From Nitrospirales bacterium (GTDB lineage: Bacteria > Nitrospirota > Nitrospiria > Nitrospirales > UBA8639), in assembly GCA_965203295.1 (NCBI GenBank), contig CBDBCZ010000018.1:32001-96000 (forward strand): a stretch of 64,000 nt of DNA. The letters are read 5' to 3'. This document shows positions 34,771 through 46,488 of this stretch, piece after piece; within the stretch, counting starts at the first letter, position 1, and every line of letters begins with the position of its first letter. Both the position numbers and the translations under genes were made by a program. The notes under the pieces are model-generated. The model was given only the letters and a program-made list of their open reading frames with translations. It did not search any database and was not told where the DNA came from.

Positions 34771-37700
34771 CTCTTTACCGACCGTAGACGCGTATACGCG
34801 TCTTCAATTAAATTTCACGTACGACCAAAGACGCGTATACGCGTCCGTAATACTCGCAGTACTGTTAACTACGGCACAGCGGCAGCGCTTACCTTGGGGC
34901 TTTCCCTACTGCCATAATCACATTCCTTATGAAGTAGACTTCCGCCTTTTGGAATGCAATCAAATCACGCAATACAAAAATAATGAATAAAAGCGGCATG
35001 AATATACACATGTTGCAGCTGTATCAACTGAGGCCACGCTCTGCAACAGGACTTACAACAGCTAGTAATCAGCTAATTCTCAGATTGTAGACACAGTCTA
35101 GATGGCTTCTGGTGGTTGTAGTTACACTGTTGAGGAGGTCTGCAACTTGATTGGAGGGGATGATGGCGATCAAGAGTTTCTGTTCCCAGGAAGCGATGAT
35201 GATTTCGGGATGAGCGACCTAGAGCCAGACTCCGATGCCCTAGACAAAGAGCAAGGTAAATAAATAAAAAAAAAAACACATGTAGAAAGAAATAGTTACT
35301 GTGAACACTATCCTATAGGCAGGTCCCCATCACCAGAAGCGCCCTCTAATGAAACAACACCTGAGGCCCACCTATCCGATCCCACTTCAAGCAGTGAGAG
35401 CGAGGGAGAACAAGGTAAGCTTACTGGTCAGAGACAGGACACAGAAAACTTACACCAGTTACATCCATCTTGTAGAGAGTTCACAGACACCACCCTCTGG
35501 AGGAGCCCAAGGAGGGCGAGGTCTTCGAAGTGGGCGAGAATTCCAACGAACCCCAGGAGCCCGAGGAGGGTGTGGAACCCCAGGCGGGCGAGGAGCCCGA
35601 GGAGCACCAGGAGCCCGAGGACCCCCAGGCGGGCGTGGAACCCCAGGAGCCCGAGGAGGGCGTGGAACCCCAGGAGCCCGAGGAGGGCGTGGAACCCCAG
35701 GCGGTCGAGGAGGGCGTGGAACCCCAGGCGGTCGAGGAGCCCGAGGAGCCCCAGGAGCCCGAGGAACCCCAGGCGGGCGTGGAACCCCAGGAGCCCGAGG
35801 AGAGCGTGGAACTCCAGGCGGGCGAGGAGCCCGAGGAGCCCGAGGAGAGCGTGGAACCCCAGGCAGGCGAGGAACCCCAGGAGGGCGACGGGCACGAGGG
35901 CGAGGATGTATTCAAAACCAGCCTGAAGAGAGAGAGAGTGATTGGTCAGATGTACCTAGTGAGGTAGTAGTCGAGCCATTTGACCAACAAGTTGGCCCAA
36001 CCTTCTCCACCAGCTCTGATCCCACTGAGATGTTTCTCGCATTTCTTACGCCGGAGCTGATCGACCACGTTGTCTTGGAGACGAATCGGTATGCCTCTCT
36101 TTGCCTTCGTTCCAGCCACACTGGCGATGGTCCGGTCCCTCAATGGGAGACAGACAGAGATGAGATGAAGGCTTACTTTGGGTTCTCCATTCTGATGGGA
36201 ATAAACAAGCTCCCTGACCTCTACGACTACTGGTCGACAGATGAAGCACTCCATTACATCCCGGTGGCATCGCGGATTTCCAGAAAGCGCTTCCTTGAGA
36301 TCCAGAGTTTCCTCCATTTTGCCAACAATGACAGCATTGTCAACAGGGGTGAACCCGGATTTGATCGGTTGGCCAAAGTACGTCCAGTCATCAATGCAGT
36401 GCGTCAGTCCTTCTTGGCCAATTATGAGCCTCACAAGGAGAACAGTGTCGATGAGGCCATGATTAAGTACAAAGGGCGCTCGGCGATGAAGCAGTACCTT
36501 CCAATGAAGCCGATAAAGCGTGGCTTTAAAGTGTGGGTGCGTGCTGACAGTCGAAATGGGTACATGTGCGATCTCGATGTATACACTGGGAAGGACGACT
36601 CCACCGAACGACACCTCGGGTCGAAGGTCGTCAAGCAGCTGTGCAGGCCACTAGAGGGTGCGAGATACCACATATACTTTGACAACTTCTTCTCCACCCT
36701 CGACCTCTTCGATGACCTCCTGCAAGATGGCCTGTACGCCTGTGGCACCTTCCGGAAAGACCGGAAGGGTATCCCTGCTGCCATCAGTGGGGTCCGTGCA
36801 GGTATTATTAATAACCAGTAGCACTCCTAACACCCACGTAATATGTTGGTATGTCTTGCATGGCCCGGGGGAGGTCATACTGTGTTGTAATCTGTAGGAG
36901 CATTCTGGAAATAATGGTAAAAGAATACATGTAAGAAACAGTAACTACACACACACAGTGGATAGGTTCTCTCTGCACGATAATAAAATTGTGCTTGTTA
37001 TCAATTTCATTCTCGTGTGGAGAGTGGCTGAGATAAGGCTGAATTACAACACTTCTGTACTCGTAACAATGCAGGAGACTTGGAGAGGGGAGACTATGTC
37101 TTCAGGCAGCGGGAGAACCTAGTTCTGAGTGTGTGGCAGGACAAAAAGCCAGTCTACGTCATGTCGACTAACTCCCAGCCGAATGAGAGTGCCACAGTGA
37201 GACGGCGGAATCGTGACAGCACCACCCAGCAAGTACCATGTCCCCCGAGCGTAGTAGCCTACAATAAGTTCATGGGCGGGGTAGACAAGTCCGACCAGCT
37301 ACGACACTACTACCCAGTCCGGTGCAAGACCAGAAAATTCTATAGATACATCTTCTGGTTTTTGTTCGACAGCTGTAGCGTCAACGCCTTTATCCTGATC
37401 CGGAACTTCCAGCCGGTCACAGATTCTACCATCCGGCAGATAACCCTCAAGAACTTCAGATTGAAGTTGGCAGAGGGCCTGATTGGGCCGTACAACTCTC
37501 GCCATCGCTACTCCCTCCCAGCACCTGTCAGAGCTCTAGCACTGAACTGCGGACCTGCAGCCAAGCGCCGAAGAACAGGTGCAGACTCCACTGGTGGGCA
37601 CTACCCAGTAAGGCTCCCCAAACGCAGCAAGTGCGCTTACTGCTCCAATGTGAAACAGAGGAGATTCGATTCTTATGTCTGGTGTAGGCAGTGCGGGAAA

Positions 37701-38234
37701 GCCCTTTGTGTGGCTATACGTGACTCCCCAGACGGTCCCTCATGCTTTGAGCGCTACCACACGGAGTATCTGTGAAACTCATCTCTACCGTACACGACAT
37801 TTTTTTGCTATATTATTCCTTGTATATGAGACACGTTCAACACTTCTATTCACCACAGGCATACTTATGTGCCCTCTGCAACACTAGAATCCCTCCACCC
37901 TGGCACTCCTAAGGGGTGCCTCACGCAAAGAGCGAGTTTTTCGTAGTAAAATAACTAATACAAACTTCATATCATTGACTGACCTCGTCATTCCAGAAGC
38001 GCGCGACTTGTCGTTGTCATCTCGCTATCCTTGCGTCTTAGATCAGCAGTTTCATTCCCGGTAGTGTTGCTCTGTCAAGTCTGCTGTCGGTTTGTCGCAA
38101 CTTGTCACTATAAAAGTCCTACCGATCTCGAGTGGCAACGCGACAAAGCCAGGGGCATCATTCGCACGTGTTTGCGTAAAACTTATTACGGTCACATGCC
38201 AACTCGCGTGCGTTTCGGTATGGTCGGTAAAGAG
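34771..38234 (+). mobile_element. piggyBac DNA transposon (3464 bp) inserted in viral copy A
   Basis: TTAA at 34767-34770 and 38235-38238; perfect 13-bp TIR ctctttaccgacc / ggtcggtaaagag; empty site agagcTTAAgacag at ~49506 in copy B. Confidence 0.95.
35102..37775 (+). CDS. piggyBac (PGBD4-like) transposase, multi-exon, apparently intact
   Basis: ORFs 35349..36821 and 37080..37775 joined by a GT-AG intron (~36802-37074): VDEAM, FDNFFS, GVDKSDQ, CAYC..CRQC..C..CFERYH; RG-rich repeat at 35530-35900. Confidence 0.88.
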
Positions 38235-40498
38235 TTAAGCTCTCCACAACTCTTGGCAACTCTAGAAAGAGTTGTCTTGACTGGACCTGTGTGGGGTGTG
38301 AGGTGTAGTGATGTGAGGGTAGGGTTCCCCTCTCTCACAGCACACCTGCACCCACTGTCTATCACTTTCTGTAGGTACTCTACTAAGTGCCCTTGTAACA
38401 CATGTGTACATTTAGAGGCTATTTCATTTGCCCCACATGCCTTTGATAGTCTCTTCAAATTAGCTCTGGAGATTATGTGCTCACCTGGTATTTTGGCAGG
38501 CTGTTTCTCCTCCTTCTTTGCTGGTTTCTTGGTGGGTGTCTTGGTGCCCTTTTTGGGTTTAGCTTTAGATGCTTGTTTGGGGCTCTTGGGTGCTGGTGTT
38601 TGGGCTCTTACTGCTCTGAGTGTTTGTTGTGCATCTTTAGCAGCCTTCTCAGCCTTTTTAGCTGCTGCTTGTGCTGCCCTCTTGGCCTTTTCAGCCTTAG
38701 ACAGTTTCCTGGGGGGAAAGGGGCAGGGTTAGTGGAATGTTAGGTGTCAGATGGGGAATGTGTTTTTGAGGAGTGTGCTTTGGGGAATGGGTTTTGGGGA
38801 ATGTCTTTTTGCTTTTGGGGAATGTCTTTTTGCTTTTGGGGAAGGTCTAAATTGCATTTGGGGAGTGTCTATTTTTGGGGAATGTAACAGTGCTTACCTT
38901 TTTTTGCTAGGGTGCTCTGACTCTCCTTCAGCATCTGTTTCTTGAGCCACATCACTCTCAATATCTGTGTCTGCACCTGTAGGTGTCTTGTGTGTTCCCC
39001 TAGACCGGGATTGGCTCCTTGTAATTCTTGGTGTAGGTGTAGGCTTTGGTGTTTGGGTCCTTTTCCTTTTGTTTGGGGCACCACTGACTTTTTTGGTAGG
39101 TATGTTGTTTCCCTTTACAAGGGCCTGACCAATATCTGTTGGGTAGTACTGTATTAACTCTGCTGTGAGTGGGTCACCTGCATTTTCTTTAAATGCAGCA
39201 TATTTCCCCCCAAACAATGCTGTCAGAGCCTGATGTGTGAGTGAGGTGCTGTCTGCTGGGGTGGGGTCTCCATCACTATAGTGGCCTATCACTCTCTGTA
39301 CTGTGTGGCTAGTTAGCTCAGCTCTCACAGCAGTGAGTAGGGTTTGTGTGTCATACACAACAGACTGTCCACTTGACTGAGTGATTGTGACAGACCTAAT
39401 CTTTGATTGTACTGGGGTCATGTCTCCAATAATGGTATTGGGTGAAATATTGGTTAGCATGTTTCTCAGGTCACAGCCATATTTAACAGCTGTAGTACCA
39501 GCAGGGGTGTTGGGGGGTTTGGCTGGATAGTTGTGTGCCCTTGTATGGGTGTCTACAAGTTCTTTCCACATAGTTTGTGACTCTGATGCCACAGATTTGG
39601 GTGTGTGCCCAAGGGGGGTTTCAGAACTCGGGATAGGCATATATCTGGCTGTTGGGCATTTGGGGCACACAATTTGGGCAAACCCAGGCAGTGGTTGATC
39701 AGGTATATTGAGGTATATATGTGCACAGAGCTCTGTGTGGCTACTCACTGCAGCTTTGTGCACTGGGGCTTTACACACTGGACACTGACCATACTGCTCT
39801 GAGAGTGGTTGAAGCCTAGGTGGTATCTGAGCAAGTGTCACAGTGTATTGGGGGGTTGTAAACTGACAGTAGAAGGCATGGAGTGCCAGTGTTTGGGCCT
39901 TTGTTCCAACTCCAGCAAACCCTTGGGCAACTATGCCCTTGTTACAACTGGGGCAAGGTGTGCTTTGTGTAGCACCTTTGGATATTGGGGTGAGGGATGT
40001 CTTGAGTGCGACTCCTGCTAGTGTGAGGCTGTAGGTGTGGCATTGGAAGCCCAACCCCCATTCAGAGGGTTGGCTGTGACTGAGCATAGCCAGAGAGGCC
40101 CCCCTGGTGTTGGCATGGACCCTCACAAACTCTTGTATTATGGATGGCCACCCATACAGAACACTGTCTACTTGGTCTTGCTTTGAGGGCTCTGTACCCT
40201 TGCAATAAGGGATGATGCCTGCGTGTCCCAGTGCGCACATACTTTCACTGTCTAAATCTACCCAAGCCAGAGTTGAAGCACAGTGTAACTGTGCTTTAGA
40301 TATTTGGCCAGATGCTCTGTATTGGGCATAAAGGGCACTTATTGCTGAGGGGTTAATGGCTTCAGGGGTAGTGTTTGTGCGCATTGCCATCTGATATAGC
40401 AGCTCAGCTAGTCTCCCAGCTGTGGGTTTCTTCCCTAATGCTCTCTGACCCGTTGCTACAAAGGTAGACTCTGCACTTACTGGTGGTTTGTGTGCCAT
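38235..40498 (-). pseudogene. Zn-finger/H1-like/H4-like histone-fold gene, copy A; intron 38709-38897; last codons displaced by the piggyBac
   Basis: Mirror of 47267-49546. Confidence 0.75.
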
Positions 40499-40500
40499 GA

Positions 40501-40791
40501 TCACTGGAGGAGGTCTGTAGATTGGTTTGTGACTGTATCTGTAGCTGTGACCCCAACGAGTGTTGTCTCGCAGATTCCACTGCGCTTCCACTTTCTGCTG
40601 GCGATTTGTAGCCGGGTTTCGCTCCTGACAGTTATTCTAGTCTCTCCAGCGCGCAGGGTAGTTATATAGTAGCCTCCTTGCTGTGTAGTGATAGCTATAT
40701 TAGCTGCACTCGCTGTTTGAACAGTAACTGTGTCTATAGCTACCTTTCTAGCAGATTTAACTGCAGGAAGGTTCTGTACAGATGCACTCAT
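40501..40791 (-). CDS. Viral ORF96, copy A (intact), hypothetical
   Basis: ATG ORF ending TGA 2 nt before the next ATG; copy B has a nonsense change. Confidence 0.6.
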   Translation of the reverse strand: MSASVQNLPAVKSARKVAIDTVTVQTASAANIAITTQQGGYYITTLRAGETRITVRSETRLQIASRKWKRSGICETTLVGVTATDTVTNQSTDLLQ

Positions 40792-41276
40792 AGTGCAAAA
40801 TGTAACTGATCTCTAGCCTGAAGTTGCTTTTTTTGTACTTGGCTGGAGTGATTTGGTTGGTCAGTTGTGTATTAGCCAATCATGTTACAGGTGTGTGCGC
40901 GCCTTTTTAGGTACTATCTCTCATTAGATCTAGTGGTTTATGGCTGCGCGCCTTTATAGATGATATTCACACAGTTCTCGCACGAGATGTCAATATTTTT
41001 GTGCCACACCCATGGGGTGATTTAGTGTGGGTGTGGCAAGAGGAATGTGTGGTGGGGGAATGTTGGGGAATGTATGGTGGGGAGTCTGTGGGGAATGTCT
41101 ATGGGGAATGTATCTCGTGACAGCACGCGTGCTCTGTGAATGTCGTTGTGGAGATGGGGAATGTATGTGATTCCCTTTTTGAGGGCGTAATACCAGGAAG
41201 TGTATATTACGCCTAAAGTGGGGAATGTGGGAATGTGTTTTATTGAGAGGAAAGAGGCTGGGTCATTAGCATAAGC
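40792..41276. promoter_or_regulatory. Viral control region / candidate origin, copy A
   Basis: Stem-loop ggcgtaata-N12-tattacgcc at 41184-41213; several gggaatgt repeats; lies between divergent genes. Confidence 0.55.
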
Positions 41277-41603
41277 ATGAAGTTGCCTCTGAAGCGCTTG
41301 GTGAATGCCTCAACGAGAGCTCATGGTGTTAAATGCAGTGCTGCTGCACTCAGAGATTTGTCAGGCATTCTACACACCCATCTCTGCCTTGTATTATCTG
41401 TGGCTGTTAGAATGTGTGAGCATAGAGGTGGCAAGAGAATATCTCTTAAAGATATAGAAGCAGCATGCGATATACACAGTGGTAAGTACAGAACTCAATA
41501 TGAGTTAGATGTGTCCATTAATACTTCTTCTTTCTTGTTTTTCAGGACTTTGCTGAGGCCAGTTGTCTCAAGTGTCTGGAAGTGTCTGAATGCTCTAGTG
41601 TAG
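41277..41603 (+). CDS. Stand-alone histone-fold protein (H3/H4/archaeal-histone-like), copy A
   Basis: LPLKRL..GVKCSAAALRDLSGILHTHLCLVLSVAVRMCEHRGGKRISLKDIEAA follows the three-helix histone fold, including the H..K.I..DI loop-2/helix-3 pattern. Confidence 0.8.
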   Translation: MKLPLKRLVNASTRAHGVKCSAAALRDLSGILHTHLCLVLSVAVRMCEHRGGKRISLKDIEAACDIHSGKYRTQYELDVSINTSSFLFFRTLLRPVVSSVWKCLNALV

Positions 41604-42856
41604 AGATCACATTTCTGTTGTGGTGTTTGTGCACTGTACTCTGCTTCTGACATGTACAGGTCCTCGATATTTTTGAAATCTGAAGGGTTGGCTAGATGCA
41701 GGGAAGGGATCAGTGCCTGGTTTATGTATGGCTTGCTCTCATCAGACTGTATGTGTGTGAGTTCAGAAGGGAGTGGCTTTTCCTTCCACTGGAGAACGTG
41801 GAATGCTCCATCATTGTAAACGAGGTGGTACTGTTGAGAAGAAACCCTGCTCCACTTCCAATCTAGTGATTTGGGAAACTTTATCTTAGTGGCAGCATAA
41901 TACTGGGCATTTGGTATCTTTACTCTCTGTATTTTCACCTCAATTGTGACACCCATTGGTGCTCTCACTTTGGGAGACATGACTTGGGTGTATTTGGGGT
42001 CGTCAGCTTGGACATATACGATGGGCCCAGGCATTGCTTCGAGGAGTGCAAGTGTGTAGATGGTATTTTGTGGCATAACTATGTTTGTCAGTCGCTTAAC
42101 CTCTGGTGCTGTGACAGCAGTCATGCTCAGGTCACAATCTAGGTAGTAATGTGCTGCTTTGTGCTCTCCCTCACCAGTGGTGACCTCAGCGACTTGCATT
42201 AGGGCAGTAGCCACCTGGTAATCTCGCCTGGCCAGGAATTCAGGCTTGTATTCTGTGAGAGAAGTGTAGATCTTCTGGAAAGGGGCTATGTCACTCTCTG
42301 GGACTACAGACTTGGTGGCTGTCTGTTCTTCAGCGATTACCTTCTCGATTGCTTTAGCAGATGAAACAAGTTCGATAGAGACTTTGGCAGTGACTCCCCT
42401 ACTAGCAACAGTAACGTACACTGAAATGCCGTAATATTGGCTCTTCACACCGTTTAGTACCTGTACTGTCCGCGCAGCTGGAACAGCAATGTAACATCCA
42501 GGCCTGTGGAGCACTGGTGGTGTAAGGGTGATTTTCAATTCGCGAGCAACAGTGCAGTTGACTGCATCAGCGGCTGTATCGTAGGATGGTTCAGCTTGAG
42601 CTGCATACTTCAATAAGTCAATGCCATCAAACACTGACCACTCCTTTCCTTCTTCAGGGGGTGTTAGCAGAGTGGCATACGTCACTACGTCTTCTGGTTC
42701 TCCGTCTGGGTAACAGTCGACTTGGGTACCCCAACACATCCCTTTAAACTTAGGAACAGTAGGTTTGGTTACTTGTTTAAGAGTAGCAACAGTAGGATTT
42801 GGGGGGGTTGGAGTAGGTGTCGCCATTTTATCAATTAAACAATAATTATACTTCAT
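41495..42856 (-). CDS. Viral ORF453, copy A, hypothetical; candidate structural protein
   Basis: Long intact ORF, Val/Thr/Tyr-rich; ATGA overlap with ORF103. Confidence 0.75.
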   Translation of the reverse strand: MKYNYCLIDKMATPTPTPPNPTVATLKQVTKPTVPKFKGMCWGTQVDCYPDGEPEDVVTYATLLTPPEEGKEWSVFDGIDLLKYAAQAEPSYDTAADAVNCTVARELKITLTPPVLHRPGCYIAVPAARTVQVLNGVKSQYYGISVYVTVASRGVTAKVSIELVSSAKAIEKVIAEEQTATKSVVPESDIAPFQKIYTSLTEYKPEFLARRDYQVATALMQVAEVTTGEGEHKAAHYYLDCDLSMTAVTAPEVKRLTNIVMPQNTIYTLALLEAMPGPIVYVQADDPKYTQVMSPKVRAPMGVTIEVKIQRVKIPNAQYYAATKIKFPKSLDWKWSRVSSQQYHLVYNDGAFHVLQWKEKPLPSELTHIQSDESKPYINQALIPSLHLANPSDFKNIEDLYMSEAEYSAQTPQQKCDLYTRAFRHFQTLETTGLSKVLKNKKEEVLMDTSNSY

Positions 42857-43164
42857 TTGATCATGTGACTAGTGTAAAAGATAATCTTCCTGCGCTCCAA
42901 AGGTCCATAATGTAGCATTAGGCCTTTTCCAGTTATAGTGTACATCTGCGCTCTTGTTCCAGTCAGCCAATCGCGCATACACTCAGGGATGTGGATGGGT
43001 GCCTTGCTGTAGCCAGAATATAGTGTCTCAGTAATCAGTTTCTGCCCGGCAAACACAACAGTGAGACTCTCCTTTGGATATGTCAGCAGTGCGTAGATCT
43101 GTCCTTTAGCCTCAAGAGCCCGCAGGAAGACGTCAGTGTCAGCCTTTATGTACCCAACAGCCAT
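42853..43164 (-). CDS. Viral ORF103, copy A, hypothetical
   Basis: ATG ORF with aaaATGg context; stop overlaps the next start. Confidence 0.65.
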   Translation of the reverse strand: MAVGYIKADTDVFLRALEAKGQIYALLTYPKESLTVVFAGQKLITETLYSGYSKAPIHIPECMRDWLTGTRAQMYTITGKGLMLHYGPLERRKIIFYTSHMIK

Positions 43165-43282
43165 TTTACCAGATATTTATCAGAGAATCTTTAATAACAG
43201 CTCATACATATGTATACTTCTACTACACTAACTACACTACACAATAGGGAGTCTCTGTCTCTCTCTCTCTCTGTTCTGCTCT

Positions 43283-44047
43283 TTAGTTCACAGTAAGGTA
43301 TCCTTCGTACTCGTAGGCCCCTGCAGATGTAGTAACTTTGGCCATACTGCCAATAGTGGCAACCTTGACGTCTGTCTCAACGATGCCGTCAAATCCCAGG
43401 AGCAGACTTCCAATCATCACTGTGCGGTCACCAGCTCGCACACAGACCTCAAGCCTATTCTCATCAAGGATTTTAATGACGTGCTCGAGTGAACCGACGC
43501 TCCCTGAGATTGGGAACTTGTCTGCAACACTGAATAGGTACTCGTGCGCTCTAGCACCTGTTGGGCGTTCTCCATATATGAGGAGTGCTGCTTTACACGT
43601 GCCTCCTGTGCAGTCCCACAGAGCGAGAGTGACGAGGTCAGGTTTGGCAAGGGGTGTAGGTGGCATGTCTCTCTCCCCCATATGCATCCTAGGCCTCTTG
43701 GTTGCCATCCCCATTCCAGATGCTGTGCGCTTCTGCGCGACCCCTAGAGCAAAATGAAGGTTGTGTCGGAGCTGAGGGCAATCAGCGCGGTTTGTGCCCT
43801 CCATGACCTTCCTTGCGGCTTCCTCAGGCTGTAGGGATTCTAGGGTGGTTCTGTTAGCCAGGACAAACCCAATTACTGAGCCTCTGTCAGCTGAATCGAG
43901 CTTAGCTGCGAGCGTCCCTGCCACAATTTTGTCGACTTGTGATGTCTGTTTAGACATAGTTTTTTTCTCAACTTTAGAGCGCTGAACAGACAAAATGTCA
44001 CCAAACCTAACTCTAACACACTTTTGCCTATACCTCTGCTTATACAT
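43283..44047 (-). CDS. Viral ORF254, copy A, hypothetical
   Basis: Same protein as 56694..57458. Confidence 0.7.
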   Translation of the reverse strand: MYKQRYRQKCVRVRFGDILSVQRSKVEKKTMSKQTSQVDKIVAGTLAAKLDSADRGSVIGFVLANRTTLESLQPEEAARKVMEGTNRADCPQLRHNLHFALGVAQKRTASGMGMATKRPRMHMGERDMPPTPLAKPDLVTLALWDCTGGTCKAALLIYGERPTGARAHEYLFSVADKFPISGSVGSLEHVIKILDENRLEVCVRAGDRTVMIGSLLLGFDGIVETDVKVATIGSMAKVTTSAGAYEYEGYLTVN

Positions 44048-44908
44048 TTTGCTCTAGGGGTCGCGCAGAAGCGCACAGCATCTGGAATGGGGATGGCAAC
44101 CAAGAGGCCCTAGGATGCATATGGGGGAGAGAGACATGCCACCTACACCCCTTGCCAAACCTGACCTCGTCACTCTCGCTCTGTGGGACTGCACAGGAGG
44201 CACGTGTAAAGCAGCACTCCTCATATATGGAGAACGCCCAACAGGTGCTAGAGCGCACGAGTACCTATTCAGTGTTGCAGACAAGTTCCCAATCTCAGGG
44301 AGCGTCGGTTCACTCGAGCACGTCATTAAAATCCTTGATGAGAATAGGCTTGAGGTCTGTGTGCGAGCTGGTGACCGCACAGTGATGATTGGAAGTCTGC
44401 TCCTGGGATTTGACGGCATCGTTGAGACAGACGTCAAGGTTGCCACTATTGGCAGTATGGCCAAAGTTACTACATCTGCAGGGGCCTACGAGTACGAAGG
44501 ATACCTTACTGTGAACTAAAGAGCAGAACAGAGAGAGAGAGAGACAGAGACTCCCTATTGTGTAGTGTAGTTAGTGTAGTAGAAGTATACATATGTATGA
44601 GCTGTTATTAAAGATTCTCTGATAAATATCTGGTAAAATGGCTGTTGGGTACATAAAGGCTGACACTGACGTCTTCCTGCGGGCTCTTGAGGCTAAAGGA
44701 CAGATCTACGCACTGCTGACATATCCAAAGGAGAGTCTCACTGTTGTGTTTGCCGGGCAGAAACTGATTACTGAGTCCCTGAGTGTATGCGCGATTGGCT
44801 GACTGGAACAAGAGCGCAGATGTACACTATAACTGGAAATGGCCTAATGCTACATTATGGACCTTTGGAGCGCAGGAAGATTATCTTTTACACTAGTCAC
44901 ATGATCAA

Positions 44909-46270
44909 ATGAAGTATAATTATTGTTTAATTGATAAAATGGCGACACCTACTCCAACCCCCCCAAATCCTACTGTTGCTACTCTTAAACAAGTAACCAA
45001 ACCTACTGTTCCTAAGTTTAAAGGGATGTGTTGGGGTACCCAAGTCGACTGTTACCCAGACGGAGAACCAGAAGACGTAGTGACGTATGCCACTCTGCTA
45101 ACACCCCCTGAAGAAGGAAAGGAGTGGTCAGTGTTTGATGGCATTGACTTATTGAAGTATGCAGCTCAAGCTGAACCATCCTACGATACAGCCGCTGATG
45201 CAGTCAACTGCACTGTTGCTCGCGAATTGAAAATCACCCTTACACCACCAGTGCTCCACAGGCCTGGATGTTACATTGCTGTTCCAGCTGCGCGGACAGT
45301 ACAGGTACTAAACGGTGTGAAGAGCCAATATTACGGCATTTCAGTGTACGTTACTGTTGCTAGTAGGGGAGTCACTGCCAAAGTCTCTATCGAACTTGTT
45401 TCATCTGCTAAAGCAATCGAGAAGGTAATCGCTGAAGAACAGACAGCCACCAAGTCTGTAGTCCCAGAGAGTGACATAGCCCCTTTCCAGAAGATCTACA
45501 CTTCTCTCACAGAATACAAGCCTGAATTCCTGGCCAGGCGAGATTACCAGGTGGCTACTGCCCTAATGCAAGTCGCTGAGGTCACCACTGGTGAGGGAGA
45601 GCACAAAGCAGCACATTACTACCTAGATTGTGACCTGAGCATGACTGCTGTCACAGCACCAGAGGTTAAGCGACTGACAAACATAGTTATGCCACAAAAT
45701 ACCATCTACACACTTGCACTCCTCGAAGCAATGCCTGGGCCCATCGTATATGTCCAAGCTGACGACCCCAAATACACCCAAGTCATGTCTCCCAAAGTGA
45801 GAGCACCAATGGGTGTCGCAATTGAGGTGAAAATACAGAGAGTAAAGATACCAAATGCCCAGTATTATGCTGCCACTAAGATAAAGTTTCCCAAATCACT
45901 AGATTGGAAGTGGAGCAGGGTTTCTTCTCAACAGTACCACCTCGTTTACAATGATGGAGCATTCCACGTTCTCCAGTGGAAGGAAAAGCCACTCCCTTCT
46001 GAACTCACACACATACAGTCTGATGAGAGCAAGCCATACATAAACCAGGCACTGATCCCTTCCCTGCATCTAGCCAACCCTTCAGATTTCAAAAATATCG
46101 AGGACCTGTACATGTCAGAAGCAGAGTACAGTGCACAAACACCACAACAGAAATGTGATCTCTACACTAGAGCATTCAGACACTTCCAGACACTTGAGAC
46201 AACTGGCCTCAGCAAAGTCCTGAAAAACAAGAAAGAAGAAGTATTAATGGACACATCTAACTCATATTGA
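44909..46270 (+). CDS. Viral ORF453, copy B
   Basis: One amino-acid difference from copy A (T/A). Confidence 0.75.
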   Translation: MKYNYCLIDKMATPTPTPPNPTVATLKQVTKPTVPKFKGMCWGTQVDCYPDGEPEDVVTYATLLTPPEEGKEWSVFDGIDLLKYAAQAEPSYDTAADAVNCTVARELKITLTPPVLHRPGCYIAVPAARTVQVLNGVKSQYYGISVYVTVASRGVTAKVSIELVSSAKAIEKVIAEEQTATKSVVPESDIAPFQKIYTSLTEYKPEFLARRDYQVATALMQVAEVTTGEGEHKAAHYYLDCDLSMTAVTAPEVKRLTNIVMPQNTIYTLALLEAMPGPIVYVQADDPKYTQVMSPKVRAPMGVAIEVKIQRVKIPNAQYYAATKIKFPKSLDWKWSRVSSQQYHLVYNDGAFHVLQWKEKPLPSELTHIQSDESKPYINQALIPSLHLANPSDFKNIEDLYMSEAEYSAQTPQQKCDLYTRAFRHFQTLETTGLSKVLKNKKEEVLMDTSNSY

Positions 46271-46488
46271 GTTCTGTACTTACCACTGTGTATATCGCAT
46301 GCTGCTTCTATATCTTTAAGAGATATTCTCTTGCCACCTCTATGCTCACACATTCTAACAGCCACAGATAATACAAGGCAGAGATGGGTGTGTAGAATGC
46401 CTGACAAATCTCTGAGTGCAGCAGCACTGCATTTAACACCATGAGCTCTCGTTGAGGCATTCACCAAGCGCTTCAGAGGCAACTTCAT
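46162..46488 (-). CDS. Stand-alone histone-fold protein, copy B
   Basis: Identical to 41277..41603. Confidence 0.8.
   Translation of the reverse strand: MKLPLKRLVNASTRAHGVKCSAAALRDLSGILHTHLCLVLSVAVRMCEHRGGKRISLKDIEAACDIHSGKYRTQYELDVSINTSSFLFFRTLLRPVVSSVWKCLNALV

Larger units (their letters stand above)
27333..44048 (-). mobile_element. Endogenous HUH/SF3-Rep DNA virus-like element, copy A (slightly over one ~13.0 kb unit, plus a piggyBac insertion)
   Basis: Reverse complement of 44045-58436; the ORF254 start recurs at 27578 and 44047 (16469 bp apart, 13001 bp after removing the piggyBac and one TTAA). Confidence 0.85.

Noticed and set aside
38031..38732. Hydrophobic 233-aa ORF (and 49012..49608) as a membrane protein
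   Set aside because: Antisense of the Lys/Ala-rich exon; its N-terminus differs between copies because it crosses the insertion site.
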